From: the human T2T-CHM13v2.0 reference genome, Homo sapiens
Assembly (NCBI RefSeq): GCF_009914755.1
Contig: NC_060927.1
Length of the DNA: 64,000 nt
Direction: 5' to 3' (one strand)
The position numbers and the translations under genes were made by a program. Positions 55,861-64,000 of the stretch are shown here, piece by piece. Positions within the stretch are counted from its first letter, which is position 1; each line of letters begins with the position of its first letter. A model generated the notes under the pieces. The model saw only the letters and a program-made list of their open reading frames with translations. It made no database searches and had not been told where the DNA came from.

Positions 55861-58796
55861 AGTTGAGTGTTATGTTTAAGAATTGTTAACTTATTTTGTA
55901 TCTCCTGATCCATTTAGCATTTGTGTTTTCACAACCAAGTTATAAGAGGACCTTAATATAAGAACAGTATTTTTGTTAAATGAGGTTCTTGAGAGAACAA
56001 AAAAATATTTTAAAAACAACCAAAACATGATGTATGCTATTTGATTCAGGTGTCTATGTCTCTGTTGAATTAACTAATTTTGTAGATTAAGTTGACAGTT
56101 TTCACTAAGGACAAATATATGCCAAAATGAAGGGTCAAAATACTTGATATTGTTTATCTTATGAGACTTTTATACTTTATTATTGAAAAATTGTGTCTTA
56201 AATATTCTTAACATCTTGTTTTTTGTTTGTTCCTCTTCACTGTTTTAAATCTGGTTCTTCCTTCAAAAAAGTTTTGCTTATTTTTAGGAACTAAAGAATA
56301 GTGAGAGGACTTAAGTTCCTCTTAAATAGCTCACAAAATTTGATCATTGACCCTCCAAAACTACCAACTAACTCACTTCCTCTCAAACATGCAAAGCCTC
56401 AACCTCTGCCTGTCTCTCTAGGTATATCTCGGGTGATTATTGCTCTTAGAGAGCAAGCACTCATGTGCAGTGTGCACTGATCCACTGCTATGGCCACATT
56501 TAATCTTTAGCGCAGGAAGAGAGATGGAGAAAACCATTGCCACCACTCATCATCCAATCAAGAGATAGCAAGGCTTGAATGATGTTATTTTCGAAAGCAG
56601 AGTGATGCTTTGGGATCAGTGTTAAAACATGCATCATCCTAGTCTCTTTCAACAATACTTATTTCAAAGATCTCTCTTTACTACTTCGCTTATTGCTTTT
56701 ATGCTCTAAGGTTACATCATAGCCTATCACAGAGGTAAGAGTGGCCATAATTTTAGAATTTTCTTCTTTATGTCCTATGTGATAGTGTGCTGGATTCTTG
56801 GTGGTTAGACAGTGAAGGCACCATGGAACATTTGAGGGAGGGACAGCTCTTAACTAACTGAGGTCAACAGGAGTCAAGACTCAGTTCACTTGATTCTGAA
56901 CTTGATAATTCCTAATGTATTCAAAAAAGGTTTGACCATTCTTTCTCTAAGTATATGACAGATGGCAACATTGAAGGAATAATGGCAACTGCTCAGTCTG
57001 CTATTTAAAGATAGGACCAGGAGAGTTATTTTTTCAGGATATTGAATCATTGCTCTTCATTAAAATGTATTTCATGGCAATAAATTAAGAACATTATTTC
57101 TGCATAACTCCTGAAACTAACTTAGATGGTTTTCAACCACTGGTGTTAGTTAGAGAGAACTAAACTTGGCAGCCAAAGAAAAACTAGCAATTCAAGATCA
57201 CTGTTCACAGAGTAGAGGAAAAAAGGGAGCCTATTTGAAGGATTTTTATTGGAAGAATTGTGGGTACGAATGGGGAAAAAGCTAAAAATACGCACAGAAG
57301 CACCAAAAAGAGATATCAAGGATGGGTTTCAGAGGTGTGCTGTAAATGTTTACCAACATGCTCTATGGAGAAAATCATTGAGCTGTGGTGTTTGCCAACT
57401 TCCCTAGTTAAAATACACCCTCTGTGGTCAGTTTCAAGCTGCCAACCTATGTCACTGAGCATGAATTGAGACGAGTTTCACCTACTTGATGCTCTGGAGC
57501 TGGTGTGAGCCAACTCCAGCACATTAAGCTTTTACTTGGATTTCAAATGTTCATTCTCTTATTAAAAATAGGTGTAAAAGGTCTAAATGCATCTTTGACA
57601 TGTTTGACTATAAACTATGTTTTGCTTTTATCACAGTTGTTTAGTCAGAATTGAATTTACCTTATTTTCCTGGCCACTGAAAAGTCTCTATTAAAATGGA
57701 TGTTGATGCAAGATTTATTGGACAAGGAAGAAAAGGTAAAATACTTTCAAAATCACAGAACTGCATCTACCTAAAAAGGCTTAGGTAGGGCTTATACTTA
57801 ATATTCAAAAAATGTTAATTATATGCCTATTTTTCCCTTTAAGGTGCATAAATATGGCATAGTCCTGTCATTTCAGGTCTTATTTTAGGGGTTTAATAGT
57901 CAGATATATCTGTTCTGGATCACCATCTGTTTTATCTTCATACATATAATCCTTATGTATTTTACTTATAATTTTAAAAAGTCTTAAGATGTGATACTAA
58001 TATATCTTTAAGGTTTTTATGATTTAAATTTTCCATATATTTTCTCAGTGAAGAATTAGTCTTTCTTTTTGGCCTTCCATCTTGACCATGAACAAATGCA
58101 TGAGACTTAAGTTACCTTGGTCATTCTACTGTCAAAAGGGCCCCTGCAAATGCCAGCCATTGTTTTAAGATGGTGCATTTACTTTAGATGATGAACACCT
58201 TTTGAGAGCTTCTATTTACTATCCAATATGGTAAACAGTGTAGCTGATTAAAAGATAAGTAAGATGTCTCAGTTACTATAACCTTAATTGGATTAGAATC
58301 AAGTAAGGGAGAGAGATATTTACACAAATGATAAGAGGAAGTAAACACTAGAAGGAGAGGAAGAAAATAATAAATGTAACTTGCTTGGAAAAGTAGCCAG
58401 CTTCTAAGATTCCCAACTGAAAGTTTTGTTTCTTTTAAATCCTGTCATATGCTTGTTTGATAAGAATGACTCCTCTGAAATCTAGGATGGTGGTGAGCTT
58501 AGCCAGACCCAGTGTTATTTTAAAATAAGCTCTCGATGATATGACCAATGTATATTAAAAATCCTTGTAGATGGTAAACAAGATCCATACTGTACCATCT
58601 GGGCTGTTTTCTTCCTGGTCATTACACTCTCTCCTAAAGTATCTAATTACTTTGCGGACTCCTTAGTAAGCTTCTCTTTCTTTACCCATCCTTCAGATGT
58701 TGATTCATACAAAGCAAGGCACATAGTAGGTTCTCTATATAGTAGGTCATCTATGTAATTATTGAATTAAGGCCAAGATTTTTAAATTTTAAAAAA

Positions 58797-59010
58797 TATA
58801 TTTTAATTGACAAATAATAATTTTGCATGTTTTTGGGGTACAATGTGATTTTTTGATCTATGCAAACATTACAAAAATATTCCATCAAGCTAATTAGCAT
58901 ATTCATCACCTCACCAACTTAACCATTATTTTTGTGGTAAGAACATTAAAAATCTATTATTTTGGTAATTCTGAAATACACAACATATTATTATTAATTA
59001 TGGTTACCTG
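58797..59010 (-). mobile_element. L1MA (8/9-like) 3' end
   Basis: 'ttttaattgacaaataataatt...ggggtacaatgtgat...tcaagctaattagcatattcatcacctca'. Confidence 0.85.
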
Positions 59011-59754
59011 GTAGCATACTAATTTTGCTAATTTGAAAAATTAGTAACTTCTTTGGAAAGACTCTAAGATTGAATGGAGACCTTGAACCATGAAGAGTTA
59101 AAAGATAAAGTAGCAGCTAACTCATGCTCTCTTCAGGTTAAAATCAGAAGTAAAAGGCAATTCATAGCTTTGAGACTTTTGACTATCTACAACAAAGCTT
59201 TTGAATTGATTTTGGAAACCACATATCCCAAGGGCATTTAGGATTAGGAGATTCTCCACAGAAGCTTGCTCTGTATTGGGAAAAACTAAGTTATTTGACT
59301 GCAGGGATTTTAGGCTGCGGGTCCTAGAGAACTAAAATCATACTTCAAAGTCAGAATACATGTGGGGAGAAGATGGAGGGAAGCTATTCTAATCTCCAAC
59401 CTGGAAGAACGAGGTATAGGTAAACTAGTGTATATTAAATATCTGGCATGTAGAGGACTCTAACAAACATTAGTTTCTTTCTTCTATGGTCCAGTAAGAA
59501 AAAATAAATTATAAAAGTAAGGTATCAATAAGATAAGATATTTAGGGACAGTTAGTTATCAAAAATACGTTATCAAGAGGATAAGATATTTAAGAACAGT
59601 TAGTATTGACATCTTAAATTTCCAATTTAAAGTTTCAAATGGTGACTCATTTGTTTTCATTGTTGTCTAATTTACATTTAAACAAACAGGGATAAAGCCT
59701 TTGTGAATAGATAAGAATGAAAATGTTGAACTTTCAGAACAAACTCCAAATGGT

Positions 59755-59880
59755 TCATTGACTTTGTTTCACCATGGAAAAATCACTTCACCTCCCAGTG
59801 TCAGTTTGCCCATCTGTGAAATGAGAAGGATGATATTTTCTTATGGGAATGTTTTGAAAATTGTTTTGTAAATGTAGTGG
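59755..59880 (+). mobile_element. MIR fragment
   Basis: 'aaatcacttcacctcccagtgtcagtttgcccatctgtgaaatgagaaggatgata'. Confidence 0.75.
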
Positions 59881-60652
59881 ATGAGATTTTCGCAAGCATC
59901 ACTGCTCTTTTTCCACTTATTTAAAGAAGCAAACAGTCTTATTTATGTACTGGTTGATCATCAAAATGTCATCTGGGCTGAACCATGTATATTTTTATTA
60001 GCAATTGCGTGCTTTTTATTGCTTAAAGAATAACTCCCTGATTGCTCAATTTATGCATTATATCAATATCAGGGACCCAAGAAAAGTGTTTTGAAACCAT
60101 TTGGAGCTTCATATTTCTGAGCTCCTAATCTCTGGTAATTATTTCTTCTTTCTGTCTTACATCATGTTTTCTCTGATGTGGTTTTTCGCCTCACCTCACT
60201 TCACAAGATTGATAGTTCTCCATGTCACCTTGCTAGAGGTCACCTCTGAGCTGAAGGCAAAACACATCCCACTGTGGCTCCTGTTGACTTTCAAGTCAAC
60301 TATCCAGGAATTTATTCCAGACATTTTCTAACCTCAATTTAAAAACTCCACCCTAAAAATTACAGGGCGATGGCAACTCTGAGAGGTTGGCATTGAGGAG
60401 ACAAAGCCTCTGATATCAGATTTTTTACTTGATAGGCTTAATTTTGTAAGGTGATCACGAACCTCTATGCTTGTGTCATTTAGGTGTGGAAAGAAATTTT
60501 CCCCTTCAGAATCTTCTGTCTCTTATGGTGCCAATCAACACACTTCTGGGTAATAAGATTTTTTTTTCCAGTGGGGGAACAGCGCTTATCAAGCATTTTA
60601 TTTATTGAGCCACAAATAGCCTGTATTTGCACAATAAGAAAATTACTTCTCT

Positions 60653-60958
<306 letters not shown>

Positions 60959-61099
60959 AAGAAAATTACCTGTCCAAAGCAGAAGTGCCCAGTTTTAGGA
61001 AAATCTTTTTGTTACATAGCAATAAACATTCTCTTCTATAAAGTTAGGTGGAAACTTGTTATTTTTTGGATAGAAACCATCTGAGTTTTAGAACTTTAT

Positions 61100-64000
<2,901 letters not shown>

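Overview
AT-rich, CpG-poor primate (human-like) intronic or intergenic DNA. I recognise no host protein-coding exon, RNA gene or CpG island. The long ORFs are either repeat artefacts or decayed LINE-1 ORF2. The window holds ten Alus, L1, L2 and MIR fragments, several solo LTRs (MER50-like, two THE1, MLT1-like, and a nested LTR33/MER21/MSTA set), a MER8, microsatellites and an ~840-bp TA-rich minisatellite. The standout feature is an ~1.1-kb inverted duplication: two ~430-bp arms of apparently unique DNA (9136-9562 and 9796-10232) around a 3'-truncated AluJ. The outer ~127 bp of the arms differ at one position while the inner ~300 bp differ by about 8%, and the left arm contains a well-formed cassette-exon signature. 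Also notable: an L1PA whose 5'UTR is joined directly to the RT region through microhomology, a convergent THE1 pair, and one candidate unannotated minus-strand exon. Repeat subfamily calls come from recalled consensus sequences and alignments were done by eye, so both need confirmation.
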